Source: Dictyostelium discoideum (Eukaryota). Taken from it: DNA of 64,000 nucleotides. Location of the stretch: the NCBI GenBank assembly GCA_000004695.1, contig CM000154.2:2112001-2176000 (forward strand). Reading direction: 5' to 3'. The notes beneath the pieces were generated by a model. It made no database searches, was not told the DNA's origin, and saw only the letters and a list, made by a program, of their open reading frames with translations. The position numbers were made by a program, and so were the translations under genes. Below are positions 27,993-40,381 of this stretch, piece by piece (position 1 is the stretch's first letter; every line of letters begins with the position of its first letter).

Positions 27993-30900
27993 ATTTTTTT
28001 TTTTTTAAAAAACCCAAAATTTTTTTTTCATTTTTTTTAATTAATTATTAAAATAGACCATTTAGTAAAAATTCAGGATATATTGATTTTTTAAACAAGG
28101 GTAATCAAATTAAATTACCTTCAATTAATATTTCATCTTTATCAGTTCCAGATTTAACAAATATTGAAATTGAATTTTTGTAAGTTTTCCAAATTAAAAA
28201 AAAAAATAAAAAACAAAAAAAAAAAAAGAATAATACTAAAAATATTAATATTATTTTAGACAATTAACAGTTCCAGGAGTGGCAGGTGGAGGTTTTAATA
28301 CTAGTTCATTTGAAAATTTTAAATCATTTGGAAACGTTAAAAACTTTGTATATCAATCAGGTCCAAATAGATATCCAATTGAATTACATTCATTAACAAC
28401 AAATATAATGGAATCTTTAGAAATGTCATTAATAATTGGTACTGCATTATCAAATACTTTAGATTTTTCAATGTTTACATCTTTAAAAAAATTAAAATTT
28501 AGTAAATCATTAAATTTATTATATAATTCAAATCTTCCAATAGGACTATACCCACAATCTTTACAAGAATTGTATGTATATTAATTTATCATAAACACAT
28601 AAAAAAAAAAAAAAAAAAATTATTAATATTTTATTTTATATTATTATTAGTGATTTTATTGAAAATTCATTAATAAATTTCCCAGATTTATCAATAATTA
28701 AATCACCATTTGTTAATTTAACTGGTAATAATTTTACATCAATTACAATTCAATTTAATTCAAATTTTATTAAAACATTAGATTTATCAAATAATCCAAC
28801 TATTGAAAATACAATTGATGATAGTTTTTGTAAAACAATTACAATTTTAAAAAATAATTTAATGAATGGAATTTTACCAGATTGTATTAAATGTCATCTT
28901 AGTGATAGTACTATTTCATCTTGGTATTCTGGTAATAATTTTGATTTAACACCATTAATTGAATGTTCAAGTATAATTCCAAAAATGAAAATTTTAAATG
29001 GTAATACTTATTTATATGGTTCAAATTTAGGTTTTTTATCAAGCTCAATTAAATCAATACCATCAATTAATTTTCAAATTGATACTCCAAGTACAAGTTT
29101 TTATTCAACACCACAATATAAAACAAGTACACTTTTTAATATAAGTTTTACAAGTTCAGGTAGTAATAAACAATTTACAGTTAGTAATGATCCATATTAT
29201 CCAACACCGAAATCAATTACATTTAAATCAAATTCATTGGTTGAATTTATTGGTGAATATTTTACATATGATAAATCAATAGTAACAATTTTATTTGATT
29301 CAACAGTTAATTGTAGTCCAATTGAAGTTGATTTTTATAGAATTTTATGTAACTTAACTACAACACCATTACAAAGTAATTCAAATATTCCAGTTACAAT
29401 TAAAATTGATAATCTTTCAAGTTCATTAAAATTAAATTCAAATTCAATTGGTGTTATTAATCCAATTGAAAATTGTAAAGATAGTTGTAATAGAGGTGGT
29501 TCATGTAATTTTGAAACATTAAAATGTCAATGTGACCAATTACATTTTGGAGAATATTGTGAGAATAAAGCAATTCAATGCAAAGATCCAACATGTGGTG
29601 GTATTGGTATTTGTGATAAAACAATTGGTCAATGTGATTGTGGTTTATTTAATACTGGTGAAAGTTGTGAATTACCTGCTCATTGGGTAAGTTCAATTGA
29701 ACCACCTTTAGAATCTGGTGGTATTGTAATATTAAATGGTTATTTCGGTAATCAACATTCAAATCTATCTGTAACGATTGGTGGTAACCAACCATGCACA
29801 ATTAGTAATACTTCCCCACCAACTATATCAACTATAACTTGTTCAATCGGTCCTGGTGTTGGTATTAAAAATATAACAGTTATTCAAAATACTGTAACAT
29901 GGTTTAGTAATTCAATGTTTCAATATTTTAATGAAAATTATCATTGTCCAAATGATTGTTCAAATCATGGTACTTGTAATTCAAGTAGTGGAATTTGTAG
30001 TTGTACAAGTGATTGGTCAGGTTTTGATTGTAGTTCAAAATCAAATCATCAAACAAATACAACCATTGATAATGGTTCTGTTACACTTTCAAATCAAGAT
30101 ACTATTTATTCAATTTCAATTTATAAATTAATTGAAATCGATTTAAATGGTAATATAATAAAAGAATTTAATTTTACAAATAATTTATCATGGGATAAGT
30201 CAGTTATAATTGATCAAATTACAAATTCAAAAATTATTAAATATAATAAACAAATCATTTATGATTCTACAAATTTAAAATCAACAAATATAACAACAAC
30301 ATTTGAAGAAGTTACTAAAACTTCTGAAAGATCATTTGCTGGTGTTAATTTTCAATTGGAAAGGGGTTCTGTTAAATTATCAATTTCAATTACAAATTAT
30401 CCTTATAAAAATTATTTAAATTCATTACAACTTTTATTAAAATCAGATTCAACAAATGATAATAATTGTGATGATGATGATAATCAAACAAATTTAGAAA
30501 AAGCTCAAAGTCAAAATTCTCAATTAGATTATATTACAATTAAAAAACAAGATAAAGTTTTAAAAGGTCGTTTCATTAATCGTGTAATTTCTGATGATAG
30601 ATCTACATTTATAACAAATTCAATTAATCAATCAGAGTCATCACCTGATCAAATTATTATAACTTTTAATTTACCTCATTGTACAAAAGAATGTCTTTTA
30701 GATCCTGGTATGTAAATTAATATTTATAAATTATAAATAATAATAGTAGACTAAAATTTGAAAAAAATTATTAATACTTTTTTTTTTAAAAAATAATAAT
30801 TTTAGATTTCTCAGTTTTAGTTGATCCAGATTTTTCAACCTCTTGTGATTCAAAATCTCGTAAATGGGTTGTTCCAGTTGCTGTTGTTGTTAGTGTAGTT

Positions 30901-30993
30901 GGTTTTGTAGCATTAATTGTTGTTTCAGTTCTCCTTTATAAGAAAAATAGAATCAATATTCAAATTAGATTAAAAACATTAAGAAATAGATAG
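27259..30993 (+). CDS. Type-I membrane protein with LRR-like N-terminal repeats, EGF-like Cys repeats, an IPT/TIG domain and a C-terminal TM (Tgr/'tiger'-like), at least six exons, about 1000 aa
   Basis: Proposed exons are 27259..27455 (signal peptide MDKILLVILFLFSAISINAQ; donor GTAATT), 27653..about 27720 (LRR-like; donor uncertain), 28057 or 28077..28179 (donor GTAAGT), 28260..28571 (donor GTATGT), 28651..30707 (donor GTATGT) and 30806..30993 (TM VVPVAVVVSVVGFVALIVVSVLL, stop TAG 30991-30993). Features include LRR-like LDLSNNPTIENTIDDSFC, EGF-like CNRGGSCNFETLKCQCDQLHFGEYCE repeats, and an IPT-like segment PPLESGGIVILNGYFG...ITCSIGPG. The phases of junctions 3-6 were hand-verified. The exon2/exon3 junction is unresolved because no canonical GT lies in the required phase. 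Confidence 0.6.
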
Positions 30994-31008
30994 TCTATAT
31001 GTATTTGT

Positions 31009-31060
<52 letters not shown>

Positions 31061-31282
31061 CCATTTACTTATTTAAAAAAAAAAAAAAAAAATTAAATTA
31101 TTTATTTATTCTGTATTTATAAAAAAAATTAAATTATTTATTTATTTATTTATTCTGTATTTATAAAAAAAACTAAATAAAAAAAAAAAAAAAAGATTTA
31201 TACAAATTTACACACATAATCATCTTATTGATTATAGTATTATTTTTTTTGAAAAAAAAAAAAGAAAAAAAAAAAAGGGAAA

Positions 31283-31658
31283 CTATTTTTTAAAATATAA
31301 ACTAATTCCACCATTATTTGTTGCCATTGTTGATTTTGATTTTGGTTTTAATTTAGATTTTGATTGTTTTCTTGATGATGTGGATGTTGATGTGGTTGTT
31401 GTTGTGGTTGTCTTTTTTACATTTGGCGATTTTTGTTTAGATTTTGATAGTTGTGATTCAGTATCAGGTAAATTAAATTCATCAAAATCATCACTATCAT
31501 CAGCGTCTTTATCTTCATTAGCCACATGAAATTGTGATATTAATGTTGTAGCACCAGCCACTTTTATTTGAGTTTCAACTATCATTGTATGACCAGTTAC
31601 ATACAATCCTTTATACATACCACCTTGATATGGTAGTTCTTCATCTTCTTCTTCTCCT

Positions 31659-31720
<62 letters not shown>

Positions 31721-32539
31721 TTGATTTTGATTTTGATTTTGATTTTTATCATTATCATTATCATCTTTAATAAATATAACATCATCATCTTCATATTCTT
31801 GTGTTGCTGCCAAAGCTATAGCCCTATCATTTAAAATATCAATATCCTCCTCTTTTTCTTCTTTTTCTTTTTCTTTTTCTTTTTCTTTTTCTCTTTCTTT
31901 TTCTTCTTTATCGAATCTTGTTTCTATAACTTCAACATTGTCATCTATTATATTTGTTGGTGATGATGTTGGAATTGTGGTGGTGGTGGTAGTAGTGATT
32001 TTTGTAATTAATTTCTTTTTATCTGAATCAGATTCATTATCTTCTTTTTCTTGTATCTCTTCATCAATAACATCATCTATAATTAAATGATCTTCTTCAT
32101 TCTGTTTATTTTTATCTTTTTTATCTTTTTTGTTATTATTATTATTGCTGTTATTGATACTATCTTTTACTTTATTATCTATATATATTGTTTCTTTTCT
32201 TTTAATTTTAATAGGTTCATTTCTATTTTCTTGTGGTTTTATATTCTTTACCATAATTGAATATCTCGGATAAGTTGGTGCGAATCTAATTGTAAATCCA
32301 ATATCAGATAAATAGATTGGTTTAGATGTTGATGCTGATTCTGGTGCTATATAGGTTGATCTTAATCCCATCCCATTCTTAAAATGATTTCTAATTATAC
32401 CTTGTAAAACTGTAATCAATTCAAGAAATTGAATATTATTAAAATATTGATGATCATGTAATATCAATAATAATGGTAAAACATATCCTTCACAAATTCT
32501 AATATAAAAATGATTTCTTTCTTTAAATATTTGACTCAT
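31283..32539 (-). CDS. Hypothetical protein, single exon, 418 aa, with a central acidic/EKEK and poly-N low-complexity insert
   Basis: This is a continuous minus-strand ORF from ATG (plus 32537-32539) to stop. Structured N-terminal (MSQIFKERNHFYIRICEGYVLPLLLILHDHQYF...) and C-proximal (MYKGLYVTGHTMIVETQIKVAGATTLISQFHV) segments flank a D/E/K/N-rich insert. I do not recognise a family. Confidence 0.5.
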
Positions 32540-32762
32540 TTTAATATAATTTATATTAAAAATAAAAAAACTAAAAAAAAAAAAAAAAAAAAATTTTGGT
32601 TAGAAAAAAAAAAAAAAAAAGGTTCTAAAAATAAAAAAAAGGAAACTTTTAAATATTTAAATTTTTGATACTTTTAATTTTATTTTTAAAATTTTTATTT
32701 TTATTTTATTTTTATTTTTATACAATTTTATTTTTATATATGTATGGGAAAAAAAAAAATTT

Positions 32763-32794
<32 letters not shown>

Positions 32795-32803
32795 CATACA
32801 AAA

Positions 32804-33106
32804 TTAATTTTGAGCCTTACATTCTCTTTCATCTTGTTCAGCTTTAGCGATTAAATCTTCTTGAGAGAATAATCCTGGAAGAAGTTTATGAGTTGAACTT
32901 TTGAAAGTGCTTCTGTCTGGTTTGACACACACAACTTCAAAGTCTCCAAACTAAAAAAAAAAAAAAAATAAAAAAATTAAGGTTAGTCTTTTTTTTTTCT
33001 TTTTTTAATAAAGGGTGGTATTAAAAAAATTACTTACTTCAACACCAAATTGTCTGCAAGCACCACATGGAGTAATAAATCTATCCTTTAAGTCACTGAT
33101 GATAGT

Positions 33107-33142
<36 letters not shown>

Positions 33143-33603
33143 AAAACAGAGTTAAAAAATTTTAGAAAAAATTTGTGAGAGTGGATGCAAGGGGGTATTA
33201 GTATTTTGAAAAAAAAATTAAATTATTGTTGATTTTATGATATTTGTTCATTCTTTATCTATTTTAAATGATTTAATCAGTGTCAATCATCTATTTAGGT
33301 CAATAGAACATAAATTTCCACACAAACAATAAAGAAGTAGAGTGAGGGAGAGAGAGGGACTTACCTAGCTACAACAATTCCTTTAAAACTTTTATAACCC
33401 TCACTTACTGCTTTAGTGTAGGCAGTTCTTTCAGCACAGATTGTTAAACCATATGATGAGTTTTCAACATTGACACCAGTGAAAATTTTACCGCAACTTG
33501 TTAAAAGAGCTGCACCAATTCTGAAATGAGAATATGGACAATGAGCATATTGTTGACTGTTTTGGGCGGCATCAATACATTTTTCTAATTCTTCTTGGTT
33601 CAT
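32804..33603 (-). CDS. cda: Cytidine deaminase, three exons (33365..33603, 33038..33095, 32804..32950), 147 aa
   Basis: Zinc-ligand motifs are present: HCPYS (His), CAER (Cys/Glu) and PCGACRQ. Minus-strand donors are GTAAGT (plus 33359-33364) and GTAAGT (plus 33032-33037). Acceptors are CATCAG (plus 33096-33097) and TTTTTTTTAG (plus 32951-32952). Phases (2,0) were verified by hand, and the total length fits the homotetrameric CDA class. Confidence 0.85.
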
Positions 33604-34738
33604 TCTATAAATATATATATATATGTGTTGTGGTTTTTTTTTTTTAAAAGGTAATTTTGTTTTTAATTTTAAAATGAAAAAAAAAAAAAAAAAAATTGAA
33701 ATTTGTGTGTGGGTAAGTTGATTTTTTGATTTTTTGATTTTTTTTTTTTTTTAAATTTAATTTTTTTTTTATTATTGTTTTTTTTTTTTTTTGTTTTTTT
33801 TTAAGAATGATGATGCTTCCATGGAAATTTAATCCAAATTGAATGGAATTCTTGTCAATAAAATCTAAAGATAATTATGTTTCGAATGAATTTAAAAAAA
33901 AAAAATAATAAAAAAAAAAAAAACAAATAAAAAAAAAAAAAAAAAAAAATAATAATAATAGAGAGAAAAATGCCCGAATGAATAAATAATAGAAATCTAT
34001 TTTTAAATTTTTATTTTTAAAAATTTATTTATTTTTTAATTTTTTTTTAATTTTTTTTTTTTTAATTTTTTTTTTTTTTTCAGCATTGCCCATTATTAAT
34101 TATTAAAAAGTTTAAAATAAAATAAAATAAAATAAAATAAAAAAAACGTTTTCTTTTTTTTTTTTTTTTTTTCTTTTTTCTGCTCCAACCAATGAAAATT
34201 AAGATTTTTAAAAAAAAAAGGTTAGATACTTTTAAAAAATTTGGCCAAAAGAGATTTTTTCTTGATTTGGCAAAAAAGTTTCGTTGGTTTTTTTTTTGTA
34301 TTTATTATTTGAATTTTTTTGATTAAAAATACCAGTCAATTCAAAGTATCCGCTTTATCTAAATCTAAAGTCTTTACTTAATTCTGATTATAAAAAAAAA
34401 AAAAAAAAAAAGAAACTATAATATCTTTTTTTGTAACTAATTATTTTTTTTTATTTTTTTTTTTATTTTTTATTTTTTTAAATTTTTTTTCTTTTTTTTC
34501 CACAAAAAAAAAAAAAAAAAAAAAAAAAAACTATAAAATTCGCACTTTTGTCCAAATTTTTTTTTTTTAAAATAAATAATTATTATAACACAAATATCTT
34601 TTTTTTTTTTTTTTTTTTTTTTTCTTTAATTTCCAGAAAAAAAAATTATAAATAATAATAAATAATAATAAATAATAATATTAAATAAAAGATCACTATA
34701 TAAATATACACACATAAATAAATAAAAAAATAAAAAAA

Positions 34739-34786
34739 ATGACAGGCGGTTTAAATAAAGATTTTGATTGGGGTATGATTTTAAAG

Positions 34787-34820
<34 letters not shown>

Positions 34821-36084
34821 TCTAACTATTTGGATATTATTTATCATTTGATCAATATCAAACACATATATATATATTCTAACTATATAAACTGTTTTGT
34901 GGTAAAAATAATAAATAGTTGTAGCAAAGTTTGAAGAAATGATAAAAAGAGAAACAGAAGTATCAATAGCAATACCAACGATTAGAATTTTAATTGATGT
35001 AATTAGAAAGAGTAACTCAACCACTGTTGTTGGTTTACAAAAAGAATTAGAGGATGCAGTTAAACAATTAAAAAGTTGTCCATACAATCAATCAATTTCA
35101 TTATCATCAGTTTGTGATTCCTTCATTCGTTTCGTAACAAAAAGAACTGAATTAGATTTCCCTGTAAGTTTAATACTATAATACTTTTTTAAAAAAAAAA
35201 AAAATAACAACTCTCATCAATATATATTAATATGCTATTATTATTTTCACAAATATATTCAACATACTCAATCAATATGAATGAATGAATGAATGAATGA
35301 ATGAATGAATGAATGAATGAATGAATGAATCAATCAATCAAATAATTAATCAATCATATGATATTTTTATCTATTACATGCACACACCTATTTATATTTT
35401 TAGAATTTCGATACATGTAAAAGTAATTTAGTTGAAAGAGGTGAACAATTATCAAATAAATCATCAATGAGTAGAACAAAGATTTCACAATTAGCAGATA
35501 AATTTATTAGAGATGGTGTTACCATTTTAGTACATGGTTTTTCAAGAGTAGTTTTAGGTTTATTATTACATGCAGCTTTTCAAGGAAAAAGATTTTCTGT
35601 TATCGTAACTGAATCTAGACCTGATTCTTCTGGGTATTTATTTCTTTTATTTCTTTTATATAACCACACACATACACACACATATATATATATGAATGTT
35701 AGTTCTAACATTGATTATTGTATTATTAAAGTTATAAAACAGCAGCAAGATTACAAGCAGCAAATATTCCAGTTAAATTAATTATGGATGGTGGAGTTTC
35801 AAGAATTATTGATAAAGTTGATTATGTATTGGTTGGAGCTGAAGCAATTGTAGAGAATGGTGGTATCGTTAATAAAATCGGTACTTATCAAATTAGTATT
35901 GTTGCTAAAGCATTCAAAAAACCATTTTATGTTGCTGCTGAAAGTTTTAAATTCACACGTTCATATCCACTCAATCAATCTGATATTGAAAATTTAAAGA
36001 ATGATCATATCTCTGAACCATTTAAAGCTTGTCGTTCTTGTTCAAGTTGTGAAAATCCTGAACAATTAACTGTAAGTTCAAAAG

Positions 36085-36125
<41 letters not shown>

Positions 36126-36344
36126 ATTTCATTCATTCTCAATATATTAATAAACTTTTTTTTATTTTTTTTATTATTAAAAAAAAAAAAAAAAAATAAT
36201 AATAATAATTCTTAAATATTTTTTTAGATTGATTCACCAACATTAGATTATACACCTCCATCATATATTACATTACTTTTTACTGAATTAGGAGTTTTAA
36301 CACCATCAGCAGTCTCTGATGAGTTAATTAAACTTTATTGTTAA
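34739..36344 (+). CDS. eif2b1: Translation initiation factor eIF-2B subunit alpha, five exons (34739..34772, 34919..35163, 35404..35633, 35732..36071, 36228..36344), 321 aa
   Basis: It is collinear with eIF2B-alpha: ...[10 protein letters not shown]...[17 protein letters not shown] ... [49 protein letters not shown] ... [31 protein letters not shown]. Donors are GTATGA, GTAAGT, GTATTT and GTAAGT; phases (1,0,2,0) were hand-verified. Intron 1 contains a (CA)n(TA)n microsatellite and intron 2 a (GAAT)n run. Confidence 0.85.
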
Positions 36345-36703
36345 AAAAAAAAATAAAAATAAAAAAAAAAATAAAAAAATTAATATATACATATAATAAT
36401 AAAAAAAAAAAAAAAAAAAAAAAAATTTAATCATATTGTCACATCCAATTACAAATATAGAATTTGTGATGATCATAAAATGAATTTTTTAAATTTCCCA
36501 TTCCCATTTTTTTTTATTTTTATTTTTATTTTTATTTTTATTTTTCATAAAATTAATAATCAAAAAAAAAAAAAAATTTAAAAAGGTTATTTTTTTATTT
36601 TTTTTAATTTTTTTTTTTTTAAATTACACAAATAACAAATAACAAATAAAAATTAAAAATTAATAATAATAGATAATCTAAAATTTTTTAAAAAAAAAAA
36701 AAA

Positions 36704-37606
36704 ATGAAAGAATTAATAATTTGTAATAATATTAAATTAATTAAAGAAGAGATTCATAAAAAAAAGATAGAGATTTCAAAAAGAAATAATAAAGAATATT
36801 ATGAAATTAAAGTTGGATTTGTACCAACAATGGGATATTTACATAGTGGTCATATATCATTAGTAGAGAGAGCAAAACTTGAAAATGATATTGTTGTAGT
36901 ATCAATATTTGTAAACCCAACTCAATTTAATGCCAATGAAGATTTATCAAGTTATCCAAGTGATATTGAAAATGATTCAAAATTATTAAAAAATGTTGGA
37001 ACTGATTTATTATTTTTACCAACTCCAGATATAATGTATCCAAAGGAAAGTGGTTATTCAACTTTTGTCACTGTAGAATCAATGGAACAAGTGATGGAGG
37101 GGAAAAGCAGACCTGGTCACTTCCGCGGCGTTGCAACTATCGTGACTAAACTATTACTAATTACAACTCCCACTAATTTATATATCGGTCAAAAAGATGC
37201 TATGCAATGTATTTGCATTAAAAGATTAGTTGCAGATTTAAATATTGACACCAATGTGATAATATGTAACACAATTCGTGAAGACACCGGTCTAGCAAAG
37301 TCATCCAGAAATTCTTATTTATCAAATGAGGAACAAATTCAAGCATCGTCAATTTATAAAATTTTAGAATCCTTTAAAAATAATATAAATTCATTCACTG
37401 ATCGTCAAAGTTTTATTAATGAAATAACTAAACAACTTGAACAAAATCCATTGTTCAAAGTTGAATATGTTAGTATTGCTTCAAACATAACTGGTTTAGA
37501 AATAATTGACCAATTTCCACCACCAAAAGATTCAAATTTATCATTAGCATTATTATTTTTTGCTGAAAAACGTAAAACTCGTTTAATTGATATTATAATT
37601 TTATAA
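36704..37606 (+). CDS. panC: Pantoate--beta-alanine ligase (pantothenate synthetase), single exon, 300 aa
   Basis: Family motifs: VGFVPTMGYLHSGHISLV (HxGH), RPGHFRGVATIVTKL, and GQKDAMQ...IREDTGLAKSSRN. Confidence 0.85.
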   Translation: MKELIICNNIKLIKEEIHKKKIEISKRNNKEYYEIKVGFVPTMGYLHSGHISLVERAKLENDIVVVSIFVNPTQFNANEDLSSYPSDIENDSKLLKNVGTDLLFLPTPDIMYPKESGYSTFVTVESMEQVMEGKSRPGHFRGVATIVTKLLLITTPTNLYIGQKDAMQCICIKRLVADLNIDTNVIICNTIREDTGLAKSSRNSYLSNEEQIQASSIYKILESFKNNINSFTDRQSFINEITKQLEQNPLFKVEYVSIASNITGLEIIDQFPPPKDSNLSLALLFFAEKRKTRLIDIIIL

Positions 37607-37734
37607 TTAATAAAAAATAATTTAAAATATCAAATTATAATAAAATAAATTGCATATATGTGTTTATTTTTTTTTTTTTATTTTTTTTTTTTTATTTAAT
37701 TTTTTCTTTTTTTTTTTTTTTAATTTACTAATTT

Positions 37735-38612
37735 TTAAAAAATTTTTCTATGAATTACTGAACAACCATCTTCTTCATATTCTTGACGAGTTACCCATAA
37801 ATCTTTAAAGGTAGATAGAGAAGCTAAAATAGAACCACCCATCCAAGCAGAGTATTTACGTTCAGGTGGTGCAGTAATTTTAATTTTAATATCTTTTGGA
37901 GCCAATTTTTTGACTTCATTTAAAAGACGATCACCAAAACCTTGAAAGAGAGTTGAACCACCACCAAGTATGATATTTGAATAAAATGTTTTTCTAAGAT
38001 CGAGATCACTCTTTCTAATGGACATATCTAAACATTGATGAATACCCAAAGATTCATCACCAATGATATCTGGATGAAATAAGATCTCTGGTGCACGGAA
38101 ACGTTCAGCACCCAATTCAATTACATTTCCATCTGGTAGTGTGTATTGTGGTTGGACAGGTTTGGATGATGATGAATCTGGTTCCAATAGTTCCTCTTCT
38201 TTTTGTGGGTCGTGGGCTACATAACATGTCTTTTCTTTAATGATTCTAACAACTTCTTTCTCTGCACTTGTTTTAAAATTGTAACCTGATCTTCTTAATA
38301 AATGTTGTAAATATTCAGTGATGTCACGACCTGCGATATCAATACGTGAGATTGCATGTGGCAATGCAAATCCTTCAAATACCGGTACAACATGTGTTAC
38401 ACCATCACCTGAATCCAATACAATACCAGTTGTACGACCTGATGCATATAATGATAATACTGCTGGTATTGAAAAATAAAGTGCTGGTGCATTATAAGTT
38501 TCAAAAAATAATTGTGCTGCTCTTTCTCTATGTAATCTTGGATTATTTGGTACATCTGTTAATAATACTGGATGCTATAGAAAAAAAATTATTATTTTTA
38601 AAATTAGATTTT

Positions 38613-38656
<44 letters not shown>

Positions 38657-39215
38657 CTATTATTATTGCATTAATTGATTGTTATTATTAATATTATTAT
38701 TATTATTATTGTAATTAATGTAATTGATCATAATTACCTCTGAAGGTTGAATTTTTAATTGATCATAAGTATATGTCCAAACTCTTTCCATATCACTCCA
38801 ATTTGAAACTATACCATGATCCATTGGATGTTTTAATTTTAAAATTCCTCTCCAATCATTGATTCTATCACCAACAAAATATGTAGATTCATTTTCAATA
38901 TTTAAACCCATAACTTTTTTATATTTTGGATTACCAACTAATGATTGAAAAATATGTGATGGTGGATCTTGACCTGCAAAACCTGCTTTAATAACACCTG
39001 ATCCCTTTTTTTTTTAAAATTAATTTATATAAATTTGTATATTTATACATTGTTGTTTTTGTTGGTTGTTGGTTGTTGGTTGTTATTGGTTAGTTGTTAG
39101 TTGTTAGTTGAATAATAAACAAATTTAATAATAATAATGTAAATATATAAATAAATAATTGGTATCTTACATTATCAATAACAACTGGCTGATTTGAAAA
39201 TTCAACAGAACTCAT
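37735..39215 (-). CDS. arpA: Actin-related protein 1 (centractin, dynactin subunit), three exons (39171..39215, 38738..39004, 37735..38574), 383 aa
   Basis: The N-terminus is [15 protein letters not shown]|[11 protein letters not shown]. It has Arp1-specific segments ([65 protein letters not shown]; [39 protein letters not shown]; [20 protein letters not shown]) and is much closer to Arp1 than to actin or Arp2. Minus-strand donors are GTAAGA (plus 39165-39170) and GTAATT (plus 38732-38737); acceptors AAAAG (plus 39005-39006) and CTATAG (plus 38575-38576). Phases are 0/0. Intron 1 holds a (GTTG)n repeat. Confidence 0.85.
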
Positions 39216-39417
39216 TTTAAAATGACCTTTATTATTTATATATTTTTGTTATTATTGTTGTTGTTGTTTGATTTATACAATTTTATTATACAATGTTAAC
39301 CTCGTTTGTTGTTTGGTTTTTATTTCCAGGTTGTTTGTGTTTTGGTGTAGTTGAGATCTTATAAATAAGAATTGTGATTAGTCGTCACCTTTGTTTATGT
39401 ACCACAATTATATTTTT

Positions 39418-39454
<37 letters not shown>

Positions 39455-39470
39455 AAAAAAGTGATTGTTC

Positions 39471-39504
<34 letters not shown>

Positions 39505-40188
39505 TATTTTTTTTTTTTTTTTATAATTTTTTTTTTTTTTTTTTTTTTTTTTTTCATTGTAAAATACACACAAATTTAAAATAATGTTATTTCATTAAAA
39601 GGTAATTTTTTTTGCCTTTTATTTATTATTTTTTAAAAAAAAAAGTTAATAAATTTTCTCTTTATTTTTTTATTTTTTTTTTTTTTTTTTAGACCTTTTT
39701 TTTTACAACTGGAAAAAAGTTCTTGCAGGAACCTAACCCATTTTCCAAATTGTTTAAATTCAATCATTTCTTTTTATTAACATTTTTTCTTTAAATTAAA
39801 TAAAGTTAAAACCAAAAAAAAAAAAAAAAAAAATAAAAATCCCACAAAAAAAAAAAAAAAAAACTTTTGGACAATTATTTTAAAAATAAAACCAAATAAA
39901 TTTATATATATCTTAATTTGGAAATTTTTTTATTTTTGTTCTATTTTTATCTTTTTATTATATTTTTATTTTAATTTTTTTTCTTTTTTTTATTTTTATC
40001 TTTTTATTATATTTTTAATATTATTTATTTTTTTTTTTTTTAATTTTATTTTTTTAAATTTTTTTTTTTTTTTTTTTTTTGATTTGAGCAATGAAACTGT
40101 TTTTTTTTTTTTTTTTTTTTTTTTTTATTTTTTGTTTTAAAATAAATAAAAAACGAGTTATAGTTCATATGAACTATTTTTTGTTCAA

Positions 40189-40339
40189 ATGAATAAACTA
40201 TTATTTTTATCAAAAAAATCATCAACATCAAATTTATATAGATTTTATAGTAGAGCACCAATAAATGAATCTTCAATAAAATCATCATTTGATCCTGTAA
40301 GTATATTTTTTTTTTTTTTTTAAAATTCACAAATTTTAA

Positions 40340-40381
<42 letters not shown>

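Noticed and set aside
38346-38678. ORF 38346..38678(+) and the other short plus-strand ORFs overlapping the Arp1 exons; also 56370..56612(-), 57331..57513(+) and 57523..57765(+) over actin and the ARM exon
   Set aside because: They are antisense to well-supported conserved genes and have no independent support.
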